64,000 nt of DNA from Lama guanicoe (GCA_013239625.1 MU056925.1:3324031-3388030), one strand, 5' to 3'. Counted from the first letter of the stretch, positions 42,911-55,200 are shown. Program-made: numbers and translations. The notes: generated by a model not told the origin, from the letters alone.

Positions 42911-43789
42911 CCGCCCCGCGCGCCCGCCCCCGGGCTGGCCCCTCGCCCGCCGCCCCCGGCCCGGGGCCGCCCCTGCCTGGGACCTGCGGGGGACGGGGGA
43001 GGGGGAGCCCCAAGGTGTCAAGCTGGGAAGTTTGATTCTGGGCCACTCCCCGCAGAGAGGGAGGGGCAGCTCACCTCAGCAGTCCCCTGGGCCCTCAAGG
43101 GCGGTCATACTTAAGCACCAAAACTGAGGCTTTTCATGCTGTAACTGAAGTTTGCCTAAGGAGGCTGGCGGTCTGTGATGCCCTGTGTTCCTTGTTTGGA
43201 GTCACCCATTCGGTCAACAAATAGACGAATACCCCGGGACCCACGCTAGGCCTGCCCGGTAAACCCCTCGCAGTCTACTCCGGGAGGCGGGTGCCTGCTG
43301 AGGGGGTCTTCTGTGGAAATCCGGACTTGGTTGATTTAGGCACGGTCCAGATCCTGCAGTACTTCGTGCCTTCCTAATTCGGCCAGGTCCCCCTAAAAAG
43401 GGTGGCAGTGCCTCCTCATTTCCATCATTTAATAATTATTGATGTGAGAAACCAGACCCTCCCCGGCAGAGCTTGCGGTGGGAGAGCTAGTGGGAGAGGC
43501 AGATGTGAATCAAGTGCGCACTCGGCTGATAGAACACGACAGCTGTCTCCAGTCCCGGGAGGCTGTGCGGCCATACGCGGGCGGGTGGGGAGGTGCGCCT
43601 GCCTAGGGTGGGAAGCACGTCTGCTCACCCGCTGTCCAGCCTGGGGCTGCAACAGGTATTACCCCAACCATTGCATGACTGAATATATAGGTACAAACAG
43701 AGATCAGGGCTCGGGGAGCAAGTAGCACATTTTTACAAGAAGCTATAACAAGAAAACCTACCTGATGGTGGAGGAAGACAATGAAAACA

Positions 43790-44200
43790 GGAACAGGGAT
43801 CTCCTCCCTGAGAAATGACACTTGAACTGAAGTCCAGGGGTGATGGGGGAGAGGGGGATGGGGGGAAAGCATTCCAGCCAAGGAGCAGCACATACTAAGG
43901 AAGGGTGCACGGTGCCTTCCAGAGACTGACAGGGGCGCGTAAGTGGAAAAGAGAGCGTGACCACATCGCCACATCGGCTGAGCCACTTTAGTGACACGAG
44001 GACTTCCGTCTGATCTCAAAGGCAATGGAAACCACTGAGGGGTTTTAAGCAGAAAGACAACATGCAGTGGCCACATATGTGACGTGGAATCACTGGCTGT
44101 CGTGTGGAGCCTGAACTGGGAAGGGGTCAGCATGACTGTGGGAGGCCAACTGGGAAACCGGGAGACCAAGCAAGAGGCTGAAGGAAGGAGAGAGAGAGAG
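43790..44200 (-). mobile_element. L2 LINE fragment
   Basis: ggaaagcattccagccaaggagcagca...caatggaaaccactgaggggttttaagcag...gaatcactggctgtcgtgtggag. Confidence 0.75.
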
Positions 44201-44264
44201 GGAGAGAAGTTCAGGGATTCAGCCACGTTCAGCCACGTTCATCTCAGACAGAGATGTTCACAGA

Positions 44265-44845
44265 CACGCTGGTGGTGGGAGTGTAAAATGATGCAGCAGC
44301 TATGGAAAATAGCCTTGTGGAAAACATATGATTACAACTCCACTGCTACGTATAAACCCCAGAGAATTGAAAGCAAGGTCTTGAAAAGATATTTATATGT
44401 TCAGAGTAGCATTATTCACAATGTCCAAAAGATGGAAGCAAGCCAGAGGTCCATCAACATGTCCAATGGGACGTTATACAGCCTTGAAAAGAAAGGAAAT
44501 TCTGATGCATGAGACAATATGGATGAACCCTGAGGACATTACGCTCAGTGAAGTCGACCAGTCACAAAAAGAGAATTACTGTAATGATTTAGCTCATATG
44601 AGGTCCCTAGAGGAGTCAAGTTCATAAACACAGAAAGTAGGATGGTTTCTTCTCTGGGGGGCAGGGTATGAACAGGGAGTTGGTGTTTAATGGAAACAGA
44701 GCTTCAGTTTTGCAAGACGAAAGGTGTCAGAGATGACTGGTGGTGAGGGCTACACCATAAAGTGAATGTACTTGATGCTACTGAAATGTACACTTAAAAC
44801 AGCTAAGATGGTGAATTTATGTGACATGTATTTTACCACAATTAT
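44265..44845 (+). mobile_element. L1MB-like 3' end
   Basis: agcattattcacaat...ggatgaaccctgaggacattacgctcagtgaa...gtacacttaaaacagctaagatggtgaatttatgtgacatgtattttaccacaat. Confidence 0.88.
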
Positions 44846-45230
44846 TTTCTTTTAAAGAGACAGATTTACGTACAACCTCCAAAGTTCTTTCCTCTGGCTC
44901 CTCTGAAGTGATGTCGCACTTTTTCATGACAGGTCTTTTTGATAATAAGTGGGACATCCATGCTTCCAAGCCCCAGGGGCCAAACCACAGTGAATGTAAG
45001 GACTTCCGCACAGACTCACAGGCCTGGACAATTCTTCACCTGAGGAGCAAGAACCCGTAGCACAGTGGCAGGAGCTCACGGGGCTGAGTCACGATGACCC
45101 TGCAATTCTAGACACCAGCTTCACCTTGCAATTCCTTTCTCCTTAAGCAGCGAGCCTTTGGATATACCAACAGCTTCAACAGACAGGGCCAGAAAGAGGG
45201 CAATGAAAGGCCATTAAAGAATCAGAGTCT

Positions 45231-45321
45231 GGGGGGAGGGGATACTCAGGCGTAGAGCGCATGTTTAGCACGCACGAGGTCCTGGGGTCCATCCCCCGTA
45301 CCTCCATTAAAAAAAAAAAAA
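45231..45321 (+). mobile_element. Vic-1-type SINE, short form
   Basis: tRNA-like head ending cctccatt(A)n; imperfect TSD aaagaatcagagtc / aaagaaccagaatc. Confidence 0.88.
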
Positions 45322-45489
45322 GAACCAGAATCGGAGGAAGTGCATTCTTCTCTCACTCTCTCTGGGTCTAGAGGGCATGCTAAAGGTGTCTCATGATCCA
45401 TTCACTCAAAAAAGGGAAAATAAATAGCTTGCAATGGAGAACCCAGTCAACCGTTTGGAGCCTGCGACACCCAGGCTCACAGAATTCAA

Positions 45490-46055
45490 GGCGGTGCTGC
45501 CACTTTGGAGAACAGCTGGGCAGTTTTCTTATACAGTTCAACTAACTTACCATGTGACCTGCCGTCAGTCCCATTACTAAGTGTTTTTTCAAGTGAAATG
45601 AAAACTTGTGTGGACACAAAAACCTGTGCAGGGCTGTTTACAGGGTCTTTGTTCATAAACACCCTGAACCGAACAACCCAACAACCCCAATGCACCTCAC
45701 CTGGGGAGTGGGCAGCAAATCTTGGCACAACTATGTGATGGAATGCTATGTAGCAATTAAAAAGGAGCAAGGTATGCACATCCAGAACAGCACAAAAGAT
45801 CCCAAATGCACTGTGTATGCTTTCATTTATAGGGACATTCTGCAAAAAGTAGAACTAGAGAGACAGAAACAGGTAAGTGGCTCCAGGGGCTGGAGCGCTG
45901 GGGAGAGGCTGACCACAGCACAACACGGGGAGGTCTCAGGGGAGGAGGTGCTGACTGTGCTGGTGATTACAGCACTCCAGGTATTTGTCAAAGGCAGCTG
46001 AACTGTGCACCAAAAAGAGTGAATTTTACTCTGCAAACATACCTTAATTTAAAAA
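45490..46055 (+). mobile_element. Ancient L1 (L1MB8/ME-like) 3' end
   Basis: gccactttggagaacagctgggcagtttt...gaaatgaaaacttgtgtggacacaaaaacctgtgca...gtgaattttactctgcaaac. Confidence 0.82.
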
Positions 46056-46095
46056 GCCTACAGAGGTGGTGATTATAGACCCCAAACAGGAATTC

Positions 46096-46305
46096 AGAGC
46101 CGTGCCTGTCCAATTCAGAGACCACCAGTCACAGCGGCTGAGTGCATTTACACTCTCGTTCAAATGAAATAAAATTAAACACTTCATTGTGTTTTGTGGC
46201 GTGAGCCGCATTTCGAGCGCTCGATCTGGAGAGCCACTTGGCCGGTGACTGCTGCACTGGTCAGCGCAGGTGAAGAAGGTGCCCATAACGGGACCGCACT
46301 GCTCG
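46096..46305 (+). mobile_element. MER3-like MITE
   Basis: ctgtccaat...aaatgaaataaaattaaacacttca...gccgcatttcgagcgctcg...agccacttggcc. Confidence 0.65.
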
Positions 46306-47242
46306 GAGGGGAGGGGTGTGGCTGGGCTGCCCCCACCCCTCCCCCCGATCCTCCGAAGTCAGGGAGTCACACCGGCGGGCACCCTGCGGGCACGTAGCAG
46401 CTGCATCGCGAGACCCACAGAGACAGTGCGGCGGATTCGCCGTCCTGCCTCGAGCTGATGGGGTCCTCACTCGGGTTCCCATTCCGGGTGGGTCTGTGCG
46501 AGGCAGCAGAGCAGGGCCCCCGCCTGTCACGAGACAGGACGCTGATGGAAACCCCTCAACTCTAGACGGTGGCGTCTGAAGGGGGGCGGATGGGGCTGAG
46601 GCGGGAAGCCTCCCACTCTGAAGGCTGCCAGGCCCCGCTTGCATCCTCGCATCTTCGAGTCTTCCTGAGCCTGGAGCTCAAGGAATATCTGGTGACGACT
46701 GGGGAACCCAGACCATTCTCCGTCTCTCCGTCTACCCCTTCCTCTTCCTGTCTGCTGTCACTTCCTGCTGCTTCTGCGTCCTTCTCAGATCCTTCCTGCG
46801 TCCCCAGTACTGCTTCCTGTCTGTCCACTGAGCCCCTGCGGTATGACATCACACAGTGTTGGGCATCTGACCATGACGGAGAAGGGCTGCACTTTTGTTC
46901 CTCAGCAAAAGATAGAGACAGAGACAGACAGACACAGACAGACAGAAAAATCCTGCAAGAAATACTTCCTCAATGAGACACCCCCGCTGCCGCAAAACCT
47001 GAGAGAGGTGGGGAAAAAACCTGTGTCCTCAGCTCACCTGAAACAGGCTGATTGGTTTTTCTTTCACAGCCTCCTCCAGCCACCCTGTCATTTAGAACTC
47101 GCCCATATTTCCTAAACACCAATTCAGGAGAAGATATGTCTGACCTCGACACCACAGGAAATTTGTTCAAACGAAGCGGGGGTGCAAACTGCTCTTGACA
47201 GAACTCACGGGTGCAGGCATTCAGAAAAGAGATGTCCTCCGT

Positions 47243-47390
47243 GTTACTCCTCTATGGCTGTGTGACAGCAAATGTTTCCAGGATGGAGCGGCCTGGAATA
47301 GTCAACGTGCACCATCTCACAGTTTCCGTGGGTCAGGAACTTGGGGGTGACCCGACTGGATGGTTCTGGCTTGGGGTCTCTCGTGAGACT
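47243..47390 (-). mobile_element. MaLR LTR fragment (MLT1E/F-like)
   Basis: atctcacagtttccgtgggtcaggaacttggggg...ggttctggcttggggtctctcgtgag. Confidence 0.7.
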
Positions 47391-47820
47391 TTTCCAGGAT
47401 GGCAGCTTCTAGGAAATTTCCCCGAGCCTGGAGAGATCACCAGACTAAGGCAAAGCAGCATGAACGTGCAGTGGGACGGGAGCCAGCCCCACTTTAACCA
47501 CTACGTGACCTTGGACAGGCTATTTGGCCCCCAGGACTCAGTTTCCCCTGCTGCAAAATGGGCTTAGGTTCATTAGGTGCTGAAGGGGGCTCTGGGGCAC
47601 TGAGAAGCTCACTCATATAACCTCAAGAAGTGCAGAGTGTTTTTTTAAGAACAGACTTGGAAATCAGGAAAGCCAGACTCTTAGCCGGAGGGCCAGCTCC
47701 GCAGAAGCCCCCCACGAGCTGCTCAGCCGGGAAGGCCTTGTGAGGAAGAAAAAGACCACACAATGCTTGTTCCCCTCCCCTGATGGAAGCTCTGGGGGAC
47801 TTTTTTTCTTTCTAATCTTT

Positions 47821-47911
47821 TTTTTTTTTTTAATGGAGGTTCCAGGGATTGAGCCCAGGACCTTGTGCATGCTAACAAGCACATGCTCTAGCACTGAGCT
47901 ATACCCTCCCC
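47821..47911 (-). mobile_element. Vic-1-type SINE, short form
   Basis: poly(T)-aatggaggttccagggattgagcccaggacc...cactgagctataccctcccc; flanking repeat tctttctaa. Confidence 0.9.
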
Positions 47912-48289
47912 ACCTCTTTCTAACTTTTACTGTGAAAACCTGGCAGGGCTTCTGATGGTAAAGCTCATGCAAGTGTCCGGACTCCTCGGACGGGGCCCCC
48001 AGGGATTTCTGGCTTCCCACCGTGGGTCTCTGGGTCCCCTGTGTTTCCCATCCTCGGGCCTCTGCTTGGGTGAGGGGTGACTCTGCATTGACCTGTCTGT
48101 CCCTCCAACTTGCTCAGTGACTCCGCTGCTCTGGCAGGATCTCAGCAGAGTTTTGATTCTTCAATTTGTTCAGCTTTTTTCTTTGCGTGGTTAGGAGCGA
48201 TGATGGCTGAGCGCCCTGCAGGCGGCACTGGAAACGGGAGTAATCGCAGGTGGTCACTCACCAGCTTTAGTCCTGCTTCTGCGCAAAGG

Positions 48290-48326
48290 GGTGTGTGTGT
48301 GTGTGCGCGCGTGCGTGTGCGTGTGT
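48290..48326. repeat. (GT)n/(GC)n alternating purine-pyrimidine tract
   Basis: gtgtgtgtgtgtgtgcgcgcgtgcgtgtgcgtgtgt. Confidence 0.85.
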
Positions 48327-48609
48327 CTACTCTTTCCATCCTGGAGAGATGTCCAATGAGCCCCGAAAGTCACCTTTGTACCTGGAGAACAGGGTCACGC
48401 CAGGCTTTTAAATCAGTTGCTTGGAGTCAGGCCCTCCGAGGGCCCAGTCCGTGGTATCATCATGGTGCAGGGGTCCCCATCACAGACAGAACTCACCCCT
48501 GATGGATGAGCTACCTAGGGGATGTGGCTACGCAGAAGTGATGGCCATTCTAAGTCTTCGAGATCCAGGAGAACACATGCAGAAACGCCCGAGGGATAAC
48601 TTACAGCCC

Positions 48610-48967
48610 GTGTGTTTCCCATAAGGTAGCCAGTGACCACTAGTCACCCCTGAGCGCTGGAAACGCGGCTCAGCCAGACTGAGATGTGCTGTGCATGTAA
48701 GACACACCACACACTAGATCTCAGAGACCTAACTAAACAAAAAAGGGGAGGGGCAAAATGTTGCCAATAGTATTTCATACACATTTATACGGGTTAGAGT
48801 TCCAAATGGCGATATTTTGGATAGGTTGGGTTAAATAAAATGTATTGCCCCAATTCATTTCACCTATTTCTTTTCTTTTACCATGTGAATGCCATTACTA
48901 GAAAAATGTGACCTCTGTGTCTCACATTTGCAGCTGGCGTCGTACTTCTGTCGGCCAGGCTGTTAGA
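48610..48967 (+). mobile_element. MER33-like hAT-Charlie MITE
   Basis: actgagatgtgctgtgcatgtaagacacacc...atattttggataggttgggttaaataaaatgtatt...ttcatttcacctatttcttt. Confidence 0.8.
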
Positions 48968-49544
48968 GACCGATGGAAACTTTTTTGTCCCAGCGGGTGT
49001 TTCCGTCTTAAGGACGATGCTCTGAATCTGTGTCGTAGCCAAGTGAGCGTGGGCTCATCGCTTTCAATCTGCTGCCTTTGTCTCGTGTGTCTTCCTTCCT
49101 CTTTTGGTTATCAGATCACCCTGAGTGAGTCCAAGGGGCGGGCCAGCCGAAGGAGACGGAGGGGTGTGAAAGAGCACGCCGACACTGCTCTCCCAGGAGG
49201 CCCCCACTGGGATTAACCAGCTCCAAGCCTTCCGTCTTGCATCATTCCCTGTGAGGCTGGAATCCCCAGGAGAAAGCTGGAAAATGTAGCAGAGGTTCTG
49301 TGCCCGGACCTGGGCCACAGGTGGGCGGGTGCCAAGAGGGGCAGAGCCTGGAAGACAGCAGGCAGCCCCGACCCCAGCTGCAGGGCTAGCCCGTCCAGGC
49401 AGCCAACTCGGGTTACTGTTAGCAGAGGGGGCGGGGGCGCTGAGCAGACAAACAATAGACGTCCACCTCCTCATTCCAACTGGATTTCGTCAGGGACCCG
49501 TGGAGAACTCAGCCAATTCAGCAGTTTTTACAAGACTTTTTAGT

Positions 49545-50620
49545 TCATCTTTTAAAACGTTTAATTACAGGAACATTGAAAACATCTTCAAAAGAAGACA
49601 GAATGATAAAACAAACCTCCCCATGCTCACCACCCAGCTTCAGCAGGGATCCGTGTCTGCTCAGCCTTGCTTCTCCCACAAGTCGCCCAAATCCTTTCCT
49701 CGTTTTGAAGCAAATCTCACGCACAATATCATTTCCTATAAGTCAGCGTGTGTCTCTAAAAGATGAGCTGTTTTTTTTTAAATCACCACAATACTACCAC
49801 CCATAAAAGAATCCTAACCAGGCCTTAATATTATACCATTTCTGGCCAGTCTTTAGACTTCCATTTTCTAACAGCTTCACTGAGGGATAATTTACTTCAA
49901 CTGAGGTGTGATGTACATACCACGGAATTCACACCCTGGAGCGTCCAGTCTGATGGACTTCCATAGGGCTGGACAGTTGTTCCATCATCACCCCAGTTCA
50001 GTCTCAGAGTATTTCCATCACCCAAAAAGTTCCCTCAGGCCCGTCTGCAGTCCTCATTTTGACCTTCAGCCTCAGGGTAACACGGACCTGCTTCTTCTGT
50101 ACCATTCGCCCTTTTCTACCAATTTCCCACACACAGAATCGCACAATCTGTGGCTTTTTTTCACAAAGCACAAGGTTTGGGGGTCCATCCGTATGGTATC
50201 TGCGATCCATCCCGTTATCACTGATAATGTTTTATTGTATGGATATAATCTGAAATCAGTCCCACAGCTGACAGACACAGCGACTGCTTCCAGCTGGGGT
50301 TTTGGATGCTTCTGCTATAAACACTCGGGCACTAGTTGTTCCATGTGTTTTCATTTCTCTCAGGAAGATTCCTGAGGGGGAACTGCTGCTTACACACAGA
50401 ACGTACATTTAACATTTTAAGAAATTACCAGACTGTCTTCCCAAGTGACTGCAGAATTTGATGATGTTCTGACAACAATGTATGAGGATTCTCTTCATCT
50501 CTTTTGGTCGATGTTTTCCCTCCATCTCCTTTTCCCCCCTTTCAATTTATTTTTAAAAACTAGGTCATTTGTTCATAAAAGTTGCCCAGAATCTGTTTCC
50601 CACTTTTGATGATTGCATCC
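49545..50620 (-). mobile_element. L1MC4/5-like 3' end interrupted by an L1MB-like insertion (~49866-50495)
   Basis: ttttgaagcaaatctcacgcacaatatcattt (L1MC), then aacagcttcactgagggataatttac...ttaagaaattaccagactgtcttcccaagtgactgca (L1MB), then aaactaggtcatttgttc...gattgcatccc (L1MC resumes). Confidence 0.75.
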
Positions 50621-50656
50621 CACAGAGCCTACGTTGATCTGAGCTAAGAAAAATTT

Positions 50657-50658
<2 letters not shown>

Positions 50659-50687
<29 letters not shown>
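50659..50687. repeat. (AG)n microsatellite
   Basis: About 14 perfect AG units. Confidence 0.95.
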
Positions 50688-50690
<3 letters not shown>

Positions 50691-50735
50691 CATTTCTAGT
50701 AGCTTACTCAGGTACATACGTACAATAAAAGTAGA

Positions 50736-50825
50736 GGGGGAGGGTGCAGCTCAGTGGTAGAGCGTGTGCTGAGCATGCACGAGGTTCTGGGTTCAATCCC
50801 CAGTACCTCCATTAAAAAAAAAAAA
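50736..50825 (+). mobile_element. Vic-1-type SINE, short form, with recognisable A and B boxes
   Basis: ggggagggtgcagctcagtggtagagcgtgtgctgagcatgcacgaggttctgggttcaatccccagtacctccatt(A)n. Confidence 0.92.
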
Positions 50826-51539
50826 GGATATTAATAACTGGTGAAATGGGAAAACAGGGAAATAGTGACAGAATATACAAGATTAAATCACAGATAGTCA
50901 GTGCACAAAATGCAAACCTCACAGTCTAAGGTAGTGGGTAGAGCTAAATCCTGGTTTTAATTCTGAGCTTCCTAACAGCCCAAGCAAAGAAGGAAACAGT
51001 TTCACTTACAAGATTCACTATCCATAAGATAAAACCAAACTGATTTGCTTCAAGGAAGCAGGCTTTTCCTGCCAGAGACCAAACAGAAATATCAGCCATC
51101 ATTCCCTCTTCCCTATTAGGGATGTGGCAGGGATTCATGGGGCAGCATTCCTACTGGTGACCTGGCCAGGGCACAGCCATGTTCATCTGGGGACAGTCAG
51201 TGATAAAAATGGCAGCAGGCTTCTTTGGCATCTGATGAGATAACACCAAAAGTCAGACTTCCAAGCCCAGGTCAAAGAAGGCAACTTTCAACTGTAACAT
51301 TAGGGCACTCGTGGGAGCCTCGGTTCACCCAGGCCCCAGCGCCAGTAGCTGGGAAGAAACAGAAACATTGTTATAACAGGAAGATAATCCCCAGCAAAGC
51401 ACTTACAACATCAGCTGCCCTTTCCAGTCGGCAGCAAACCTCCCGGCCAAACACAAGAACAGGCAAACCGACCAAAAACAAACAGAAACCCACTGTCCAT
51501 TCATTCTTTTTTTCATTCGAAGAATCAGCACAAGCTTCA

Positions 51540-52033
51540 CCCCTAGGAGAAGTGAAAACGTGCGTCCACACGAAAGCCCGCACGCAAATGCTCCCAGCAG
51601 CCAAGAAAGTGGGAACGGCCCAAAACTTCAACCGATGAACGGGCACACAAAGCACAGCCGCATGTTACTCCATTGTAAAAGGGAAGGACTGACACAGGCA
51701 CCAGCGTGGGTGGACCTCGACAGCACGCGGCTCCGTGAAAGCAGCCAGTCACGAAGGACCACGTACTGTGCGATTCTGTTCACACGCAGTGTCCAGAACA
51801 GGCAGACCCCGGAAAGCAGACGAGCGCCTGCTCAGGGCTGGGCGGGATGGGGCATGGGGTGCGGGGTGACGACGGAAGGGTCTGGGGTTTCTTTTTTGGG
51901 TGACAAAAATGTCCTAACATTAACTGCAGTGATGAACATGCAATTCTGTAAATATACTAAAAGTCATTGAATTGTATGCTTTAAATGGGTGATTTACATG
52001 GTATGTGAATGATAGCACAGAGTGGTTAAAAAA
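51540..52033 (+). mobile_element. L1MB7-like 3' end
   Basis: gtgaaagcagccagtcacgaaggaccacgtactgtgcgattc...gaattgtatgctttaaatgggtga. Confidence 0.85.
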
Positions 52034-52756
52034 TTACCTAAAATTTCACAGTAATTCAGTGAAGTAGTAAGTTAAATCAACTTATTTTCATCATCTCTCC
52101 AGGTAAAGCTCGAATCATGCCTTTTCCATGGTATTTGTGAAATTTCACAAAATTCAAAAATTCTGACTTTTTAGGTGGACTCATGGTCAGTGGCCTCTTA
52201 AGGCAGATTATCAGCCCCCTCCTGTATGTCCATCCTCTTACCCTCAAGTGTCAAATGGCTAAGTGTTTGAGAAGCATAGGAACATGACCAGCAGAGGACT
52301 AAGTGGTACCTTTCTGAGGAGGGAGACTTCCCACGCCAGCTTCCCACGCTACAGAGCTGCCTCCTGCCTGAGGCCGTGTTCAGCCGGCTAATCTCAGGGG
52401 GCCTGAGAAGAGACGTCCCCAGTAAAGGAGCTGTCTGGCCACGACCTTGCTTGTTGCGAACTTGGCTTAGATAAACTTGCGTCCTTTGCATCCTGTTTTT
52501 CTCCCAAGTGTCAGCTGCACGTTGTCACACTTCTCCCCCCACCCCACCTCTGTCTCTGCACGCCTCGTGCCTTGGAGGGCTCCACGGCGGGAGAGGGCAC
52601 TGCACGTGAGCAATTTTACATCCCATCAAGCTTGAGTGCGGAGTTCCCCGCTGACTTGAAGACTCATTCAAAGTCCAGACTTTCCAGCAGGAGCTAAATC
52701 ATTTCAATCGCCTATCTTTTTGTAGCAAGTTATAAATGGAAAGAATGCAAAGAATG

Positions 52757-52885
52757 AATCTGAGCCCAAGCTCCCAGAGGGCGGGGACTGTCATTTGTTT
52801 GCTGTGGTCCCCCGAGCACCCGTAACAGAGTTTTGTGCATCATAGGTGCTCAGAAACTGTTGGCTGGAAGAACGCACGAGTGTGA
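52757..52885 (+). mobile_element. L2 3' terminus
   Basis: aagctcccagagggcggggactgtc...cataggtgctcagaaactgttggctggaagaa. Confidence 0.7.
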
Positions 52886-52908
52886 ATTTATAGCCATTAT
52901 CTGGGATG

Positions 52909-53238
52909 GAGGAAACATCTTAAAAAAAAAATCAGAGCAATTCTTTGAGTGCAGACGTGGTGCAAGATTCAGGTTCAGTCAGCGCCGGGGCCCTCCCTCC
53001 GTCCCAGGGCTGCACAGAGGTCTCCTGCCCGGCCCGGGAGTCCCGCAGGGGCGCTCAGGCTGCAGCCCACAAGAGGAAAAATTTAAAAAAAAAATCAGAG
53101 CAATTCTTTGAGTGCAGACGTGGTGCAAGATTCAGGTTCAGTCAGCGCCGGGGCCCTCCCTCCGTCCGTCCCAGGGCTGCACAGAGGTCTCCTGCCCGGC
53201 CCGGGAGTCCCGCAGGGGCGCTCAGGCTGCAGCCCACA
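52909..53238. repeat. Direct tandem duplication, 163 bp + 166 bp, near-identical
   Basis: Copy 1 is 52909-53071 and copy 2 is 53073-53238; they differ at the start and by a 4-nt tccg unit. Confidence 0.95.
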
Positions 53239-54067
53239 CAGCTCTTTGCTGACACGGCCGTGGTCCCAGGCCAGGAAGGTCGAGAATCACCTTGCAGCCC
53301 AGTTCAGGCACAGGAATCTCTGGAAGGCCCAGTTTGTGGGGTCCAGCTTCCCACTTGTGCTCCATTCCCTTCTTGGGGCTCTCCAAGACAGCAGGACTTG
53401 GGTCCCCACGGCTCACAGCACCCTGCTACCCGGCACCTTCCTCGGTCTTGTTTGGGACCTCTGTTCTGTTCTGGGGCTGGGAGCCACTGTGTCTGGAGGC
53501 TTCTCTTTCTCCGCCCCCTTCTCAGAGGCCTAAGTATAACGCCCAAGTGAAAACGTATACTTGAGGTCTGCAATCCACACTCCCACACACAAGACAACAC
53601 TTTCAAAGATAAATACAGAGAGGATGAAAACACCCACTTACACATCAGCAAACATCCTGCCACGCACATTTTGAGCCGTGTGTTTTCATGTCTTATCATT
53701 TTCAAAGGTTTTTTTAATCTGATTTGCTCGCAGATGCTAAAACAGACGGGGGTACCATCGCGCCCCCTTTACAGCCTGAGGCCGAGGTTCCAGTAGGTTT
53801 GGTGAGTGCCCCAATCTCCCGGCTCTCAGCTTGCAGAGCAGGGACTGCAGCCCAGGGCTCTATTCCTGCGAGCCCAGGGTCTTTCCCGCCCTCGAGAGGT
53901 CATTAGAGAGACCACTGCTGTCCTGGTTCTATGGCCAAAGTGGCTACGCAGACTCGGAGCGTCCTCCGAGCTCACAGAAGTGAAACATTAACGCGACCTG
54001 TCCCAGAAGCAGACCCCACCCCCCAAACTCCAGCTCTGCCTTTTACCTCACAATTGACTTCAGTTGA

Positions 54068-54272
54068 CGTTTATTGAGCACCCACTGTGTGCCAGGCAGT
54101 GTGCCGGGAGCCTGGTGTATGCTATTTAATTCTCCAAGTGGCCCTGTGACAGGCGTTATTACCAGCCCCACTGGACGGGCTGAAAAGTGAAACAGACCTG
54201 CAGCCTGAGGACACGAGGCTTGTGTGAAGGCCAAGCTGAGGTTCACTCTCAGGCCAGTCTGATGCAAAAGCC
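54068..54272 (-). mobile_element. MIR SINE
   Basis: tttattgagcacccactgtgtgccaggcagtgtg...caggccagtctgatgcaaaagccc. Confidence 0.75.
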
Positions 54273-54479
54273 CCCTCCAGCTTTTTGTACCCCCTGCTCT
54301 TTGCAAACTGATGGAAATGATTCACTGAAGGGGAGATTACTAAAATACACAAGCAAAAAGCTTTCCCTCTGTACTGCCCACAAAATGCTCTGGAACCCAC
54401 GTGGGTGACACTGCGCCTCTGCCCTCAGGCTAAGAGAGCTGACGGCCTGCAGGTGTCATGGGTGCCTGGGCAGGCGCTG

Positions 54480-54665
54480 GGCTCAGAGCCGCTTAGGGTC
54501 CACATGCAGCTCTGACACTTAGTAACTTCAGGACCTTGGACAGGGTACTTAGTCTCCACATGCCTCAGTTTCCCCACCTCACATGACCCTCCAGATGCCT
54601 GCAGGAGGGCCACGTGTGTGGAGGGCCTGGTGGGGAAGCAAGATCTCCCCATGTGTGCTAAGTAT
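54480..54665 (+). mobile_element. MIR SINE
   Basis: cagctctgacacttagtaacttcaggaccttggacagggtacttagtctccacatgcctcagtttcccc. Confidence 0.75.
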
Positions 54666-55034
54666 GAGGCCGAACCAAATACAACCGCCATTCAAGAATG
54701 GCCAGGTGTCCTTCATGTCACATGGTTCAACCTAACCTTAAAATCGAAACTGAAGTTTAAGCCAACAGGCCCGGGAGTAGGAGTTTAAGTAGAAATCTGC
54801 AGAGCTCCAAACAGGGAAGACGATGGAATTAAGGACAACAGGGGGTGGGTGGGGCAGGGCCCAAAACTGGGCTTCGGTGAACAACGCGCCATACGTAGGA
54901 ACTGCTTGTTTCTGCTCTAAATGTATAGGAACCTAGCCCCTGTTTTGAAGGAGGAGAAAAGGAGAAAGCGAATGTAGCTTCCCACAGCGACGTGGAAACA
55001 CGTCCCCTAGAGAAGAGAAGGGGATGTGAGGAGC

Positions 55035-55200
55035 CCCGGATTCCCGCCCAGCTCCCTGCCGCGCTCGAGAAGCGCACGGAGCACGCGCGGCGCTGCGGGC
55101 GGGCGCCGCATGGCCGGGCACGCGGGGCGCGCGGCCCTCGGCCGCCCGGCCCCTCGCGGTCCGCTGTCCCTGCGCGGCTCAACCTGTTCACGTTCCAAGG
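55035..55200. promoter_or_regulatory. Small upstream CpG island-like element, ~12 kb 5' of FOXK1 exon 1
   Basis: Dense CpG run gcacgcgcggcgctgcgggcgggcgccgc...; E2F-type TTCCCGCC at 55041-55048; not recognisably repeat-derived. Confidence 0.55.

Larger units (their letters stand above)
41700..43100 (-). promoter_or_regulatory. CpG island / FOXK1 promoter with SP/KLF GC boxes
   Basis: Extreme GC and CpG density around exon 1. CCGCCCC boxes at 42911-42917, 42924-42930 and ~42950. The TSS is probably in the gap 42544-42910. Confidence 0.85.

Noticed and set aside
42053-43127. Long plus-strand ORFs of 320-353 aa
   Set aside because: Artefacts of reading through N gaps; only the minus-strand frame containing EALVGAAAASVRRSPG is real.
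43169-43184. GGTCTGTGATGCCCT, matching a conserved 18S rRNA stretch
   Set aside because: Only 15 nt with no flanking similarity; chance match.
46562-46852. Acidic 96-aa ORF / possible processed pseudogene
   Set aside because: No protein recognised; the purine-rich text looks like a decayed MLT1K/L-type LTR.
50736-50812. tRNA-Ala(AGC) gene
   Set aside because: Acceptor-stem mismatch, altered anticodon loop (TGAGCAT), a poly(A) tail instead of a T-run terminator, and six related dispersed copies: it is a SINE.
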